NCBI GenBank assembly: GCA_963797095.1
Contig: CAWCNY010000006.1
Coordinates: 320,001-384,000 of the forward strand
Reading direction: 5' to 3'
DNA: 64,000 bases
DNA from: an uncultured Chloroflexia bacterium
GTDB lineage: Bacteria > Chloroflexota > Chloroflexia > QHBQ01 > JADMIH01
The position numbers and the translations under genes were made by a program. Below are positions 48,590 through 59,631 of this stretch, piece after piece. A model generated the notes under the pieces. That model saw only the letters and a program-made list of their open reading frames with translations. It had not been told where the DNA came from and searched no databases. Each line of letters starts with the position of its first letter. Position 1 is the stretch's first letter.

Positions 48590-49612
48590 TCACTTAAACG
48601 TCTCGTCTATTTCGGTCGTGCCTGTACCGCCTGTGCGGGCTATCGAGTCGTCGCCCAGGTTGATTGTGTTGTACGAGCCTTCGACCATAGCGCGCTCACC
48701 GATCAGGGTGCCGAAGAGCATCGAGCTACTCACCGTGGCGTTGGGGGCGATGATGCTGTTCTTTACGATGGAGTCGCGCACCTCCGCGCCCTCCGAAATC
48801 GAGGCGTATGGGCCGATGATGCTGTTGTCTATCTCGGCCTCATCGGCCACGTACGAAGGCGGTATGATCAGCGAATTGCCGCGCTGGTACGGGTCTTCCA
48901 GCTTGTCCATCTTCTTGAGCAGGTAGCGGTTCGCGTGCAGCACCGCGTCCCAGGTACCGGTGTCCTCCCAGGCGTCCACCTGGAACGTGCGGAACTTCGC
49001 GCCCTCATCGATCATCACCTGAATAGCATCCGCCAGGTAATATTCTCCCTTGAGCGATTTGCCCGACGCCATCAGCTTATCTATTGCACTGAACAGCCAC
49101 TGCAAATCCTTGTAATAGTACAGCCCCACCACCGCCAGGTCGCTTTCAGGCTCGGCTGGCTTCTCCACCAGCTTGCTCACGATCCCCTCGTCGTTCAACA
49201 CGGCGATCCCGAAGCGCCTGGGATCGGGCACGGGCATCACATACATCGCCCCATCCACGTCCAGGTTCTTCAGTGGGGTCAGGTCGGCCTCGAACAGAGT
49301 GTCCACGAAGAGCGTCATCAGGTCGCCTGTCACGTGCTCACGCGCCAGCGCGATAGCATCCGCCTGCCCGCGCATCACCTTCTGCTCTATGAAGGTCGAT
49401 TTGTATTTATAGTTTTGCTTGACATAATCTTCCATCTGCTCGCCCATGCGGCCCACGATGAAGATCAATTCCTCGATATCGAGCGGCTCCAATGCATCGA
49501 GCACGAACGCCAGCGACGGCCTGCCCGCCACCGGCACAAGCGGTTTGGGTCTGGTGTGAGTGTGAGGCCGCATTCGGGTGCCGTAGCCCGCGGCGGGGAT
49601 TATTACTTTCAT
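48590..49612 (-). CDS. Sugar-1-phosphate nucleotidyltransferase (glucose-1-P thymidylyltransferase-like)
   Basis: AAGYGTRMRP..PKPL, VEKP and a C-terminal left-handed beta-helix. Confidence 0.9.
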   Translation of the reverse strand: MKVIIPAAGYGTRMRPHTHTRPKPLVPVAGRPSLAFVLDALEPLDIEELIFIVGRMGEQMEDYVKQNYKYKSTFIEQKVMRGQADAIALAREHVTGDLMTLFVDTLFEADLTPLKNLDVDGAMYVMPVPDPRRFGIAVLNDEGIVSKLVEKPAEPESDLAVVGLYYYKDLQWLFSAIDKLMASGKSLKGEYYLADAIQVMIDEGAKFRTFQVDAWEDTGTWDAVLHANRYLLKKMDKLEDPYQRGNSLIIPPSYVADEAEIDNSIIGPYASISEGAEVRDSIVKNSIIAPNATVSSSMLFGTLIGERAMVEGSYNTINLGDDSIARTGGTGTTEIDETFK

Positions 49613-49755
49613 TCGTTTTCTCTATTCTTTAAATTGTAGTCCTTGGTTGACCATAGAGAGTCTATCCGAAACACCCTGAACACGCAAGACACGTACCAAA
49701 CCCCAAATCAGATTACGCGCCGGCAGAATGAAACTGTTATATACACAGCGAAAGA

Positions 49756-51432
49756 TTGTACAATAACAGCAACGTGCCCAACAAAGGACAAATCGCCAAT
49801 AAAGGAGGCAGCGAGCCACTCTCCCAAACAGAGCGCGCTGCGGCTCTTCGCCGTATGGCCGCCGAAGGCGTGGATATCCTTGTGATAGGAGGAGGCATTA
49901 CCGGGGCAGGGGTCGCCCTGGACGCGGCGGCCCGCGGCCACAGCGTTGGCCTTGTCGAGAAGGGGGACTTCGCAAGCGGCACCAGCAGCAAATCCACTCG
50001 CCTCGTACACGGCGGCATCCGCTATCTTCCCCAGTTCGACTTCGACCTCGTGCGCGAGGCTCTCGTAGAGCGCGGCCTACTGATGCGCAACGCTCCCTTC
50101 CTGGTGCGCCCCCTGGCCTTCGTGCTCCCCCTCTACGCGGGCGACCACCGCCCACTCAGCATTCCCTTCGCCCCACCCTTTGGGCTCGGCCTTTCCTATA
50201 TCCTGCGTGCCGGGCTGCTTCTCTACGATCTCATGTCCGGCAGGCTCGGCATCCGCAGGCACAGGCACATCGGCCCCCAGCGCGCCCTCAGGATGGCTCT
50301 CTGTCTGCGGAGCGAAGGTCTCAAAGATGCCTTCGTCTACTACGATGCCCGCACCGACAACTCCCGCCTTACCCTCACTGTTCTCCGCACTGCCGCCCGG
50401 CGCGGCGCGATGCTCGCCAACTATGCCGAGGTAATAGGCTTCCGCCGCGAGACCGGCAATATCACGGCAGCCTGGGTTCGCGACCACATCTCAGGCGATC
50501 TCCTTGAAGTTGGTGTGCGCACCGTCATAAACGCAGGCGGCGTCTACGCAGGAAGAGTGGAAGCCCTCGCGGAAGATGCCGCCGAGTTTGCCAGCCTTGA
50601 CCACCTCCGCATAATACCCGCCAAAGGCGTCCACCTGGTAATCAGCCGCCGAAAATTGAGAATAGGAAGCGCGGCGGTGGTCCTCCCCGAAACCGACGAT
50701 GGCCGCATCCTATTCCTCGTCCCCTCCGGCCCCCACGTGATCGTAGGTACCACCGACACCGTTGGTGGTACCATTGACCGCCCCGAAGCCACCCAGGAAG
50801 ATATCGATTACCTCCTGCGACACGTCAATCGTTACATGGCCTGCCACGTGGGCGCCTCCGACGTGATAACTACCTGGGCAGGCTATCGTCCCCTCATACA
50901 GCCCAACGATAGATCCACAAGCTCCTCGCGCCTTTCACGGACCCATATCGTGCGCGAAGGGCCGGGTGGCATGATCACGATCACAGGCGGCAAGCTGACC
51001 ACCTACAGGCGTATGGCCCAGGATGCCCTCGACTTCGCCGCCCGCCGTCGTGGCGAGCGTACACAGCGCCCCACCGAGCACCTGCCTCTGGCGGGCGCGG
51101 AAGATTGGCGCCAAGCGCAACAGGCGCTCCAATCCTATGAACACCGCGGTATCATCAAACCTGATACGGTACAACGCCTCATATCCTACGGCTCGGAAGC
51201 CCTCACGATCTTGTCCTACATAGACTCCAACCGAAAACTGGCCGACCGCATCGTACCTAACCTCCACTATATAATGGCCGAAGTGGTCTACGCGTGCAGG
51301 CACGAAATGGCCCTCACTGTGCGCGATGTGCTTGAACGCCGCCTCCACATAGCCACCGAAACCCCCGACGACGGCCAAAGTGTTGCCGGATCAGTAACTC
51401 AACTGATGGCCCAGGAGCTAGGCTGGGATTAA
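49756..51432 (+). CDS. glpD: FAD-dependent glycerol-3-phosphate dehydrogenase
   Basis: IGGGITG, GTSSKSTRLVHGGIRYL and GGKLTTYR motifs. Confidence 0.93.
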   Translation: MYNNSNVPNKGQIANKGGSEPLSQTERAAALRRMAAEGVDILVIGGGITGAGVALDAAARGHSVGLVEKGDFASGTSSKSTRLVHGGIRYLPQFDFDLVREALVERGLLMRNAPFLVRPLAFVLPLYAGDHRPLSIPFAPPFGLGLSYILRAGLLLYDLMSGRLGIRRHRHIGPQRALRMALCLRSEGLKDAFVYYDARTDNSRLTLTVLRTAARRGAMLANYAEVIGFRRETGNITAAWVRDHISGDLLEVGVRTVINAGGVYAGRVEALAEDAAEFASLDHLRIIPAKGVHLVISRRKLRIGSAAVVLPETDDGRILFLVPSGPHVIVGTTDTVGGTIDRPEATQEDIDYLLRHVNRYMACHVGASDVITTWAGYRPLIQPNDRSTSSSRLSRTHIVREGPGGMITITGGKLTTYRRMAQDALDFAARRRGERTQRPTEHLPLAGAEDWRQAQQALQSYEHRGIIKPDTVQRLISYGSEALTILSYIDSNRKLADRIVPNLHYIMAEVVYACRHEMALTVRDVLERRLHIATETPDDGQSVAGSVTQLMAQELGWD

Positions 51433-51453
51433 TAAAGTAATCCAAAAAGGCCC

Positions 51454-51483
51454 TTGACAACGTTACCCTTTTGCCTATACACT
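51454..51483 (+). promoter_or_regulatory. sigma70 promoter of the trp operon
   Basis: TTGACA-18-TACACT. Confidence 0.75.
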
Positions 51484-51494
51484 TAGCGAAATCG

Positions 51495-51813
51495 AAAATA
51501 CACAGGCTTGGATCAGCGCTAGTAGCCATCGAAGCGGGCCTACAGAGAGCCGGAGCAGGTGAAAGTCCGGCGTCAGCGCAGAGGGTGAATGGAGCTGTGA
51601 GCCTCATACCGAAAGTGGGCAACCCGCCCGCCGGTAGGCTATGACGGACACTCCACCGTTACCAGGGAGCGGGGTATCGGCAGACGGGGCACTATCGCGT
51701 ACTTCACGCAGTAGCCTCGACTAGGTACTCGCAGAGCGTCGCAAAAGCGGCGGAATTAGGGTGGCACCACGAGGATTCCGGTCCTTCGTCCCTTGCGGAC
51801 GGAGGGCTTTTTT
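51495..51813 (+). ncRNA. Trp T-box riboswitch
   Basis: AGAGAG and GGTGAA Stem I motifs; specifier GAA-UGG (51590-92); T-box AATTAGGGTGGCACCACG (51754-71); terminator with U-tract 51783-51813. Confidence 0.95.
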
Positions 51814-51879
51814 GATCCCCCTCCAACCTGCAAGTCACAGCAAGCAACATGCAGCAAGCAGTATTCAGAGGTGAAAACC

Positions 51880-53457
51880 ATGCTAGGAACCTACTCGCTA
51901 ACCGGAGAATCGTTCGCCTCCCTTGCGGCAGCCAACGCGCCCGGTGCTGGCGCGCCCCCGCCCTACACCATCATCAGCCGCCGCATCCCCGCCGACCTGG
52001 AAACCCCTGTCTCTGCTCTCCAAAAGATCAGGCGCGGTCACCACTGTTTCCTCCTGGAAAGCGTTGATCGTGGCGATCAGGTGGGTAGATACTCTTTCCT
52101 CGGCACCGATCCCCACCTGGTCCTCTCCGTGAAGGATGGCACGTCCCAACTTGCAGACCCCACCAACCCATTCTCCACAGAGGAAAAGCCTTCCCCAGCC
52201 CCCCTGGACGACCTGCGACGCCTCCTCTCGTCCAGAAACCTTATCATCCCGGAAAACACCCTCCTTCCTCGCTTCCTGGGAGGTGCGGTCGGCTATGTCG
52301 GCTACGAAATTGCCACCACCCTTGAGCCTGTGCGCCCCGCCCTCAACGATCCCCTGGCCTTGCCCGATATGGCCTTCGCCATGTACGACACCCTTATGGT
52401 GTTCGACCACGTCCAGCGCACCGCCCAGATACTCACCCTGGCCCCTCTCAACTCCACTCCCGATCAGGAATACAGGGCCGCGATCTCCCGTATAGAGGAG
52501 ATCATGCTTCGCCTCCGTTCGCCCCTACCCTCTGTCCCTACAGACCACCATCTATCAAAGCGGTCCACCTCCCCCGTCAGAAGCAACTGCACTCAATCTG
52601 AATATGAGCGAATGGTCGAAGCGGGTAAAGAGCACATCGTCGCGGGCGACATTATCCAGGTGGTCCTCTCCCAGCGCTTCGAGCGCGACACCCCCGCCGA
52701 CCCTTTCACCATCTATCGCGCTCTGCGCATGGTCAACCCCTCACCGTACATGGTCTTCATGCAGTTCGATGATGCCTGCCTGGTCGGGGCCTCCCCCGAA
52801 ATGCTGGTGCAGGTGCAGGGCCGCAAGGTTTCTACCCACCCCATCGCGGGTACACGCCCTCGCGGCCACGCCAGGCAAGACGACGACCTCCTGGAGCGCG
52901 AGCTTCTCGCCGACGAGAAAGAGCGCGCCGAGCACCTGATGCTGGTAGACCTGGGTCGCAACGATATTGGCCGCATTTCGCGCATAGGCTGCGTCAAAGT
53001 CCCGCGCTTCATGCAAGTCGAGCGTTATTCCCACGTCATGCATATCGTCTCCGAAGTCGAGGGCCATTTGCAGGATGGCCTCGGACCCATAGACGCCCTT
53101 CGCGCCTGCTTCCCGGCGGGTACGGTTTCCGGCGCTCCCAAAGTGCGGGCTGTGCAGATCATATCCGAGCAAGAGGCCGACAGGCGCGGCCCCTACGCAG
53201 GCGCTGTCGGCTACATCGGCTACGACGGCAACATGGATACAGCTATCACCATACGCACCATAGTGGTCCGCGATGGCGTGGCCTCTGTGCAGGCGGGCGC
53301 GGGCATCGTGGCGGATAGCGTCCCCGCCGCCGAATACCAGGAAACCCTCCACAAGGCCCGCGCCCTCCTCTCGGCCATCGACCTCGCCGAGGAAATCGAG
53401 CGCCAGGAAGCCATCACGGAACGAGAAATCGCCCAGCAGGAGGTAACGCTTTGTTAG
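51880..53457 (+). CDS. trpE: Anthranilate synthase component I
   Basis: LLES..GRYSF, NPSPYM, PIAGT, EHLMLVDLGRND and GAGIV motifs. Confidence 0.96.
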   Translation: MLGTYSLTGESFASLAAANAPGAGAPPPYTIISRRIPADLETPVSALQKIRRGHHCFLLESVDRGDQVGRYSFLGTDPHLVLSVKDGTSQLADPTNPFSTEEKPSPAPLDDLRRLLSSRNLIIPENTLLPRFLGGAVGYVGYEIATTLEPVRPALNDPLALPDMAFAMYDTLMVFDHVQRTAQILTLAPLNSTPDQEYRAAISRIEEIMLRLRSPLPSVPTDHHLSKRSTSPVRSNCTQSEYERMVEAGKEHIVAGDIIQVVLSQRFERDTPADPFTIYRALRMVNPSPYMVFMQFDDACLVGASPEMLVQVQGRKVSTHPIAGTRPRGHARQDDDLLERELLADEKERAEHLMLVDLGRNDIGRISRIGCVKVPRFMQVERYSHVMHIVSEVEGHLQDGLGPIDALRACFPAGTVSGAPKVRAVQIISEQEADRRGPYAGAVGYIGYDGNMDTAITIRTIVVRDGVASVQAGAGIVADSVPAAEYQETLHKARALLSAIDLAEEIERQEAITEREIAQQEVTLC

Positions 53458-54029
53458 TGCTTATCGACAACTACAACTCCTTCACCTATAACCTCTACCA
53501 GTACCTGGGCGAGTTAGGTTCCTGTGTGCGGGTCGTGCGCAACGATGCCGTTACCGTGCGCGAGCTAGAGATGCTCAACCCCACAGCCCTTGTAATCTCC
53601 CCCGGCCCAGGCGGCCCCTGCGACGCAGGCATATCCCTCGATGCCATCGAGGCGTTCAAAGGCTGCATCCCCATTCTTGGCGTCTGCCTGGGCCACCAGT
53701 GCATAGGCCACTTGCACGGCGCGAAGATAGTGCGCGCCCCCGAAATCCGCCACGGCAAGATCTCCGAGATCTACCACACCGGGCAGGGCGTCTTCGCCGG
53801 CCTCCCCAATCCCTTCCCCGCTACCCGCTACCACTCGCTGGTGGTCGATGCGGCCACCTGCCCGCCCGACCTTGAGGTGACCGCCTGGACTTCGGGGGGT
53901 CTCATCATGGGTCTTCGCCACTGCAACCTGCCAATTGAAGGGGTCCAATTCCACCCGGAGTCGATGATGACCAAAAGCGGCAAAGCCCTTCTCGCCAACT
54001 TCCTATCTCAGCCCGTGCTCGTAAGCTGA
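53451..54029 (+). CDS. trpG: Anthranilate synthase component II
   Basis: SPGPG, GVCLGHQ, RYHSL and QFHPES motifs. Confidence 0.96.
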   Translation: MLVLIDNYNSFTYNLYQYLGELGSCVRVVRNDAVTVRELEMLNPTALVISPGPGGPCDAGISLDAIEAFKGCIPILGVCLGHQCIGHLHGAKIVRAPEIRHGKISEIYHTGQGVFAGLPNPFPATRYHSLVVDAATCPPDLEVTAWTSGGLIMGLRHCNLPIEGVQFHPESMMTKSGKALLANFLSQPVLVS

Positions 54030-54099
54030 TTATTATCCGGGGCATACGGCATCGACCATCTGCCTCAATACCGCCCGATAACCCAAAAGGAGAAACAGA

Positions 54100-55173
54100 A
54101 TGATAACCGAAGCCATCGACAAACTGGTCAGAAGCGAATCGCTCAACGACGCCGAAGCAAGCACCGCCATGGAAGAGATCATGGACGGCACAGCCACCCA
54201 CGCTCAGGTTGGCGCTTTCCTGGTCGCCCTCCGCATGAAAGGCGAGACGGTCGAAGAGATAGCGGGTCTTGCCCAGGTCATGCGCGAGCGCGTCATCCCC
54301 GTTGAGTTGGACAACTCTCGCCTGGTCGATACCTGTGGCACCGGCGGCGACCGCTCTGGTACCTTCAACATCTCCACCGCCGCCGCCCTGGTGGCCTCCG
54401 CCGCCGGAGTGACCATCGCCAAGCACGGCAACCGCGCCATGAGCAGCCGTTGCGGCAGCGCCGACGTGCTCGAAGCCCTTGGCGTCGAGATCAACCTCGA
54501 CCCCGAAGGTGTGGCCCGCTGCGTGCGCCACGCGGGCATCGGCTTCATGTTCGCCCCTTTATTCCACCCCGCCATGAAGCACGCCGCCCCCGTTCGCCGC
54601 GAGCTTGGCACGCGCACCGTGTTCAACATCCTCGGCCCCCTCACCAACCCCGCGGGGGCGCGCCGCCAGGTGCTGGGCGTGGCCCACGAATCTCTTGTCC
54701 CCAAAATGGCGGGCGCTCTTGAACGCCTCGAAACGCAGCACGCCCTGGTTGTGCACGGTCACAGCGGCCTCGACGAATTGAGCGTCACCGGCCCCTCCAT
54801 TGTCTATCGGGTGCGCGCCGGTCGTCCCGTTGAGCGCATGGAGGTGATCCCCCAGGACTTCGGCTTCAGCGCGGCCCCCCTTGAGGCTATAGCAGGCGGC
54901 ACCGCCCAGGAGAACGCAGCGATGGTGCGCTCCGTCCTCTCCGGCGAGCGCGGGCCCCGGCGCGACGTGGTCCTCCTCAACGCCGCTGCCGCCCTCCTGG
55001 CCGCCGACGCCGTCGCCACCCTTCAAGAGGGCATCGCCATAGCCGCCCGCGCCATAGACAGCGGCGAGGCCCTCCAAACCCTGACACGTCTGGTGGAGGG
55101 GAGCCAGGACCCCAACATCTCCACCCCAACCACCCACCCCAACCCTTCCACAAAACGTACCAGGGCAGCCTGA
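54100..55173 (+). CDS. trpD: Anthranilate phosphoribosyltransferase
   Basis: DTCGTGGD, KHGNR and FNILGPLTNP motifs. Confidence 0.97.
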   Translation: MITEAIDKLVRSESLNDAEASTAMEEIMDGTATHAQVGAFLVALRMKGETVEEIAGLAQVMRERVIPVELDNSRLVDTCGTGGDRSGTFNISTAAALVASAAGVTIAKHGNRAMSSRCGSADVLEALGVEINLDPEGVARCVRHAGIGFMFAPLFHPAMKHAAPVRRELGTRTVFNILGPLTNPAGARRQVLGVAHESLVPKMAGALERLETQHALVVHGHSGLDELSVTGPSIVYRVRAGRPVERMEVIPQDFGFSAAPLEAIAGGTAQENAAMVRSVLSGERGPRRDVVLLNAAAALLAADAVATLQEGIAIAARAIDSGEALQTLTRLVEGSQDPNISTPTTHPNPSTKRTRAA

Positions 55174-55216
55174 CCAATTCACCACAACTCGCCACTCGCC
55201 ACTCGTCCGAAAAGCC

Positions 55217-56050
55217 ATGCCAACAAACATCCTCGACACCATAATCACCCACAAGCGCGCCGAACTCGCCGGGCGCAAGGCAGCCCGCCCTCTGCCCGGT
55301 CTTCTGCCTGCCCTCGCCTCTGCCCCTCCCACTAGCGATTTCGCTTCCGCCCTGTGCGACCCCACAAAACCCGCCCCGCGAGTGATAGCCGAGATCAAGC
55401 GCCGCAGCCCATCCAAAGGACTTCTTCGCCCCGACCTCGACCCCGCCACCATAGCCTCAATCTACGAGCAGAACGGCGCTGCGGCTATCTCTGTCCTTTG
55501 CGACAACCGCTTCTTCGGCGGTTCCCTCGATGATCTCGCCCAGGCCCGCGCCGCCACCTCACTACCAATCCTATGCAAAGAGTTCATCCTCGATGAGTAC
55601 CAGATCATAGAGGCGCGCATCGCCGGGGCCTCCGCCGTCATTCTGCTGGCCTCGGTCCTTTCCACCAGACACCTACGCGAATATCGCTTCCTGTGCGCCG
55701 AACTGGGCATGGCCGCCCTCGTTGAAGTCCACTACGAGCCTGAGCTACGTTCCTCCCTCAACTCCGGCGCGCAAATAATCGGGATCAACAACCGCGATCT
55801 TCGCACCTTCACCGTAGACATGAATACCACAGCCTCCCTCCTCCCCTTACTCCCCACAGGCACCACTGTAGTCAGCGAGAGCGGGATCCGCAGCCACGCC
55901 GACGCCGAAAAACTGGTCTCCCTGGGCGTTCACACCGTCCTCGTTGGTGAGGGTCTGATCGCAGCCCCCGACATAGCCGCCGCGACGCGTGAAATCTGCG
56001 GCCTTCCCTCCACCCTTTCAGCAACCTTGCAGGAGGTAAGCCTGTCATGA
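55217..56050 (+). CDS. trpC: Indole-3-glycerol-phosphate synthase
   Basis: AEIKRRSPSKG, GINNRDL and SESGI motifs. Confidence 0.97.
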   Translation: MPTNILDTIITHKRAELAGRKAARPLPGLLPALASAPPTSDFASALCDPTKPAPRVIAEIKRRSPSKGLLRPDLDPATIASIYEQNGAAAISVLCDNRFFGGSLDDLAQARAATSLPILCKEFILDEYQIIEARIAGASAVILLASVLSTRHLREYRFLCAELGMAALVEVHYEPELRSSLNSGAQIIGINNRDLRTFTVDMNTTASLLPLLPTGTTVVSESGIRSHADAEKLVSLGVHTVLVGEGLIAAPDIAAATREICGLPSTLSATLQEVSLS

Positions 56051-56775
56051 TAGGCCAAACCGATCGCTCTGTTACCTCCACACGCCGGGCTTACTCCAAA
56101 GCCATAACCGTCAAAATATGCGGCCTCATGCAGCCCGAACACGCCGCTTTCGCCGCCCGCCACGGCGCGGATATGATCGGCGTGGTCTTCGCAAAGAGCC
56201 GCCGCCAGCTTTCTCCAGATGCTGCTGCCCACATCCGCGCAGCCATCGATGCACCTGGCCTCGAAACCAGACCTCTCCTCGTCGGTGTCTTTGTCAATGA
56301 GCCTATCCCAAGCCTCATGTCAATAGCCCGGCACGCACGCCTCGACATCCTCCAATTGAGCGGCGACGAATCGCCCGAATATGTAGCCCTCTGCGCCCTA
56401 CACTACCCCATAATCAAAGCCGTGCGCTTCCCTTCCACTTGCGCCCCCCAACAGGCTCTCGACACGCTCGACCTCTACGAAAGCGCCCTCGACCCGGACA
56501 GCCAACGGGTCCGTTTCCTCATCGACGCCTACCAGTCGGGCGAGTATGGGGGCACGGGCCGCCCCGCCGATTGGCCGCTTGCCGCGACCCTTGCCGCCCA
56601 CCGCGAGATCATACTGGCAGGCGGCCTCACCCCACGTAACGTTCAGGCCGCCATAACCTCAATCTCCCCGTGGGGTGTAGACGTTAGCAGCGGCGTCGAA
56701 ACCGCTGGGGCCAAAGACCCCATCCTCATGCAGCATTTTCTGGCTGCTGCACTCTCTCCAATCTCCACCCAATAA
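56047..56775 (+). CDS. trpF: Phosphoribosylanthranilate isomerase
   Basis: VKICG, GGTG, LAGGL and GVDVSSGVE motifs. Confidence 0.96.
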   Translation: MIGQTDRSVTSTRRAYSKAITVKICGLMQPEHAAFAARHGADMIGVVFAKSRRQLSPDAAAHIRAAIDAPGLETRPLLVGVFVNEPIPSLMSIARHARLDILQLSGDESPEYVALCALHYPIIKAVRFPSTCAPQQALDTLDLYESALDPDSQRVRFLIDAYQSGEYGGTGRPADWPLAATLAAHREIILAGGLTPRNVQAAITSISPWGVDVSSGVETAGAKDPILMQHFLAAALSPISTQ

Positions 56776-56832
56776 GACCCTCACACTGTATCCTCCATCT
56801 CAAACGCTCCAACTTATCGGAAAGGATATAAC

Positions 56833-58092
56833 ATGGTCCTCACCAAAACAGAACCGGTAGCGGCAACGCCGCAACAATACAACCTCCCAGATGAGCAGGG
56901 CCACTTCGGCCGGTTCGGCGGCAAATACTCACCCGAAGTCCTTATGCCCGCCCTCGAAGAGCTTGAGCGCATCTATGCCGAATGCCGTTCCGACCCTCAG
57001 TTCGCCTCCGACCTCTCCGATCTTGAGCGCCACTACACGGGCCGCCCTACCCCCCTCTATTTCGCTCGTGGCCTCACCCGCCTCGCGGGCGGGGCGCGCA
57101 TCTTCCTCAAGCGCGAGGACCTGGCCCACACAGGCGCTCACAAGATCAACAACGCCCTCGGCCAGGCTCTCCTCGCGAAGCGGATTGGCAAGCCCCGTGT
57201 CATCGCCGAGACCGGCGCGGGCCAGCATGGGGTCGCCACCGCCACCGCCTGCGCTATGCTTGGCCTCCAATGTGTGGTCTATATGGGCGAGGTTGACATA
57301 GAGCGCCAATCGCTCAATGTCTTTCGCATGAAATTGCTTGGTGCCGAGGTCCGCCCCGTCTCCTCAGGCAGCCGCACCCTCAAGGACGCCATCAACGAGG
57401 CCATCCGCGATTGGGTGAGCAACGTCGCCACCACCCATTACCTGATCGGCTCCGCGGTCGGCATGCACCCCTACCCAATGATAGTGCGCGACTTCCAGAG
57501 CGTAATCGGCAAAGAGGCCCGCCGCCAATGCGTGGAGCAGGCAGGTCGCCTCCCTGACTATGTGGTGGCCTGTGTGGGCGGCGGCAGCAATAGCATAGGC
57601 ATCTTCCACCCCTTCATCCAGGATTCCGGTGTGCATCTGGTGGGTGTGGAAGCTGGTGGCGCGGGCGTCAATAGCGGCAAGCACGCCGCCACGCTGGTAG
57701 CGGGGAGCATCGGCGTTCTGCATGGCTCGCGCTCCTACATGCTTCAGGATGAATACGGCCAGGTAATCGAGACCCACAGCATCTCCGCCGGTCTCGACTA
57801 CCCTGGAGTCGGACCCGAACACGCCTACCTGAAAGAATCGGGCAGAGCGGAATACGTCGCGGTCACCGACAACGAGGCCCTCGAAGGCTTCAAGATGCTC
57901 TGCCGCGCCGAGGGCATCATCCCAGCCCTGGAGTCGTCCCACGCCCTGTACCACGCAGTCAGCCTTGCCGCCACTCTGCCCCAGAATAACATCGTGGTGG
58001 TGAACCTGTCGGGCCGTGGCGACAAAGATATGCACACGGTGGCCTCAGTTCTGGGCATCACCCTCACAAACGACCAGGAGACCCGTCCGTGA
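56833..58092 (+). CDS. trpB: Tryptophan synthase beta chain
   Basis: [17 protein letters not shown] and [11 protein letters not shown] motifs. Confidence 0.98.
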   Translation: MVLTKTEPVAATPQQYNLPDEQGHFGRFGGKYSPEVLMPALEELERIYAECRSDPQFASDLSDLERHYTGRPTPLYFARGLTRLAGGARIFLKREDLAHTGAHKINNALGQALLAKRIGKPRVIAETGAGQHGVATATACAMLGLQCVVYMGEVDIERQSLNVFRMKLLGAEVRPVSSGSRTLKDAINEAIRDWVSNVATTHYLIGSAVGMHPYPMIVRDFQSVIGKEARRQCVEQAGRLPDYVVACVGGGSNSIGIFHPFIQDSGVHLVGVEAGGAGVNSGKHAATLVAGSIGVLHGSRSYMLQDEYGQVIETHSISAGLDYPGVGPEHAYLKESGRAEYVAVTDNEALEGFKMLCRAEGIIPALESSHALYHAVSLAATLPQNNIVVVNLSGRGDKDMHTVASVLGITLTNDQETRP

Positions 58093-58928
58093 ACGCTCGT
58101 ATCACCTCCACCTTCGCCCGCCTCGCCGCTGAGCGACGCGCCGCCCTCATCCCTTACCTGACCGTTGGCTATCCGTCCATCCAGGCTACCCGCCAACTGG
58201 CTCAGGTCGTGGCCGAACAGGGTGCCGACCTGATAGAGCTTGGAATCCCTTTCAGCGATCCGCTTGCCGATGGGGCTACGGTCCAGCGCGCTTCACACGC
58301 GGCCCTCCAGAATGGCGTCACTCTTGACGACTGTCTCTCGCTGGCCGCCGACCTTCGCGCCAACGTACCCGCCACAAAAAACGTGCCCCTTCTCTTCATG
58401 AGCTACTACAACCCTATCCACAAATACGGCATCGAGCGCGCTGCTGCTGCCTGTGCCTCCTCAAGCGTAGATGGCCTCATAATCCCCGACCTCCCGCCCG
58501 AAGAAGCATCCGATCTGAAGACCGCCTGCGACCGTCACAACATAGACCTCATTTTCCTCGCAGCCCCCACCAGCACCGCCGAAAGGCTCAAGCAAGTGGC
58601 CCAGCTTGCCTCCGGCTTCATCTATTGCGTTTCCCTTACGGGCGTGACGGGCGCTCGCACCTCGTTAGGCAACGACGCACCCGACCTCGTAGCGCGCCTC
58701 CGCTACTACACATCCTTGCCCCTGGTAGTAGGTTTTGGCATAAGTCGCCCCGAACACGTGGCCGAGGTTTCCTCTACGGCTGACGGTGCAGTGGTGGGCA
58801 GCGCCCTCATCAACCTCATAGAAAGCACACCTGAACCCGAGATCGCGCACTCTGTAGCCCGCTATATGGACTCTCTAAAACAAGCAACCACAAAAAAGCC
58901 TCTTGACTACAACTACGCTCTATGCTAG
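58089..58928 (+). CDS. trpA: Tryptophan synthase alpha chain
   Basis: [19 protein letters not shown] and VGFGI motifs. Confidence 0.98.
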   Translation: MNARITSTFARLAAERRAALIPYLTVGYPSIQATRQLAQVVAEQGADLIELGIPFSDPLADGATVQRASHAALQNGVTLDDCLSLAADLRANVPATKNVPLLFMSYYNPIHKYGIERAAAACASSSVDGLIIPDLPPEEASDLKTACDRHNIDLIFLAAPTSTAERLKQVAQLASGFIYCVSLTGVTGARTSLGNDAPDLVARLRYYTSLPLVVGFGISRPEHVAEVSSTADGAVVGSALINLIESTPEPEIAHSVARYMDSLKQATTKKPLDYNYALC

Positions 58929-58931
58929 AAT
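58903..58931 (+). promoter_or_regulatory. Internal sigma70 promoter for the aro operon
   Basis: TTGACT-17-TAGAAT with extended TG, overlapping the trpA end. Confidence 0.8.
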
Positions 58932-58955
58932 TGACCAATCTTTGCGGGAGCACCT

Positions 58956-59126
58956 ATGGACCCTGTGCAATCACCCAACTCTCATACAGCGAGAACCGAG
59001 CGGGCCGACAGCGGCCTGTACGGCCTCACCGTTCCTGCAACCCAGGCCAACGTTTACGGCGCTTACTATTACTGGTGGTATTACTTAATACCAACCAGCA
59101 ATTGCCACGCGCCGGGGAATATCTAG
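58956..59126 (+). CDS. Tyr/Trp-rich attenuator leader peptide (56 aa)
   Basis: GGGAG RBS; ...NVYGAYYYWWYYLIPTSNCHAPGNI*; upstream of the aro genes and a terminator. Confidence 0.85.
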   Translation: MDPVQSPNSHTARTERADSGLYGLTVPATQANVYGAYYYWWYYLIPTSNCHAPGNI

Positions 59127-59164
59127 CAGACGTAGAACACCAATCGAATAGCAGGTACAGAACA

Positions 59165-59198
59165 GGGAGCGTGGCAGAAGCCAACGCTCTTTTTGTTT
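59165..59198 (+). terminator. Attenuator terminator
   Basis: GAGCGTGGC-AGAA-GCCAACGCTC plus TTTTTGTTT; antiterminator strand TGCCACGC at 59103-59110. Confidence 0.85.
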
Positions 59199-59217
59199 GT
59201 GCCGGAAAGGTGTGTGA

Positions 59218-59607
59218 ATGGACTTAGACCGACTGGAACCAAGAGTGCTATGCCGAGGAGTGCGCGGAGCCACCATCGCCCACGCCGATACGCGTGAAGA
59301 GATCCACGCCGCCACCCAGGAGCTTGTCAAAGCTGTCCTGGATGCCAATGAAATCGACCCCGATGACCTGGCAAGCGCCCTCTTCACAACCACATCCGAC
59401 CTGCACGCAGCCTTCCCAGCCGAGGCCTGCCGCTTGATGGGCTGGGAATACGTGCCGATGCTGGGCGGCGTAGAAATGGACAAGCAGGACGCGCCCGCCC
59501 GCTGCATCCGCGTCCTGCTCCACTGGAACACAGTCATGCGACCGCAAGACATCAAGCACGTCTATCTTAGAGGAACAGAATCGTTGCGTACTGTTGGTAG
59601 TCGGTAG
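59218..59607 (+). CDS. aroH: Chorismate mutase, AroH class
   Basis: RGVRGAT, FPAEA..., CIRVL and HVYLRG..LR motifs. Confidence 0.95.
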   Translation: MDLDRLEPRVLCRGVRGATIAHADTREEIHAATQELVKAVLDANEIDPDDLASALFTTTSDLHAAFPAEACRLMGWEYVPMLGGVEMDKQDAPARCIRVLLHWNTVMRPQDIKHVYLRGTESLRTVGSR

Positions 59608-59631
59608 TCAGAATAGGAAACCACTCGTCCT

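Noticed and set aside
53463-53490. TrpG IDNYNSF (D>N) as an inactivating change
   Set aside because: The catalytic Cys-His-Glu triad is intact; a single substitution is not enough evidence
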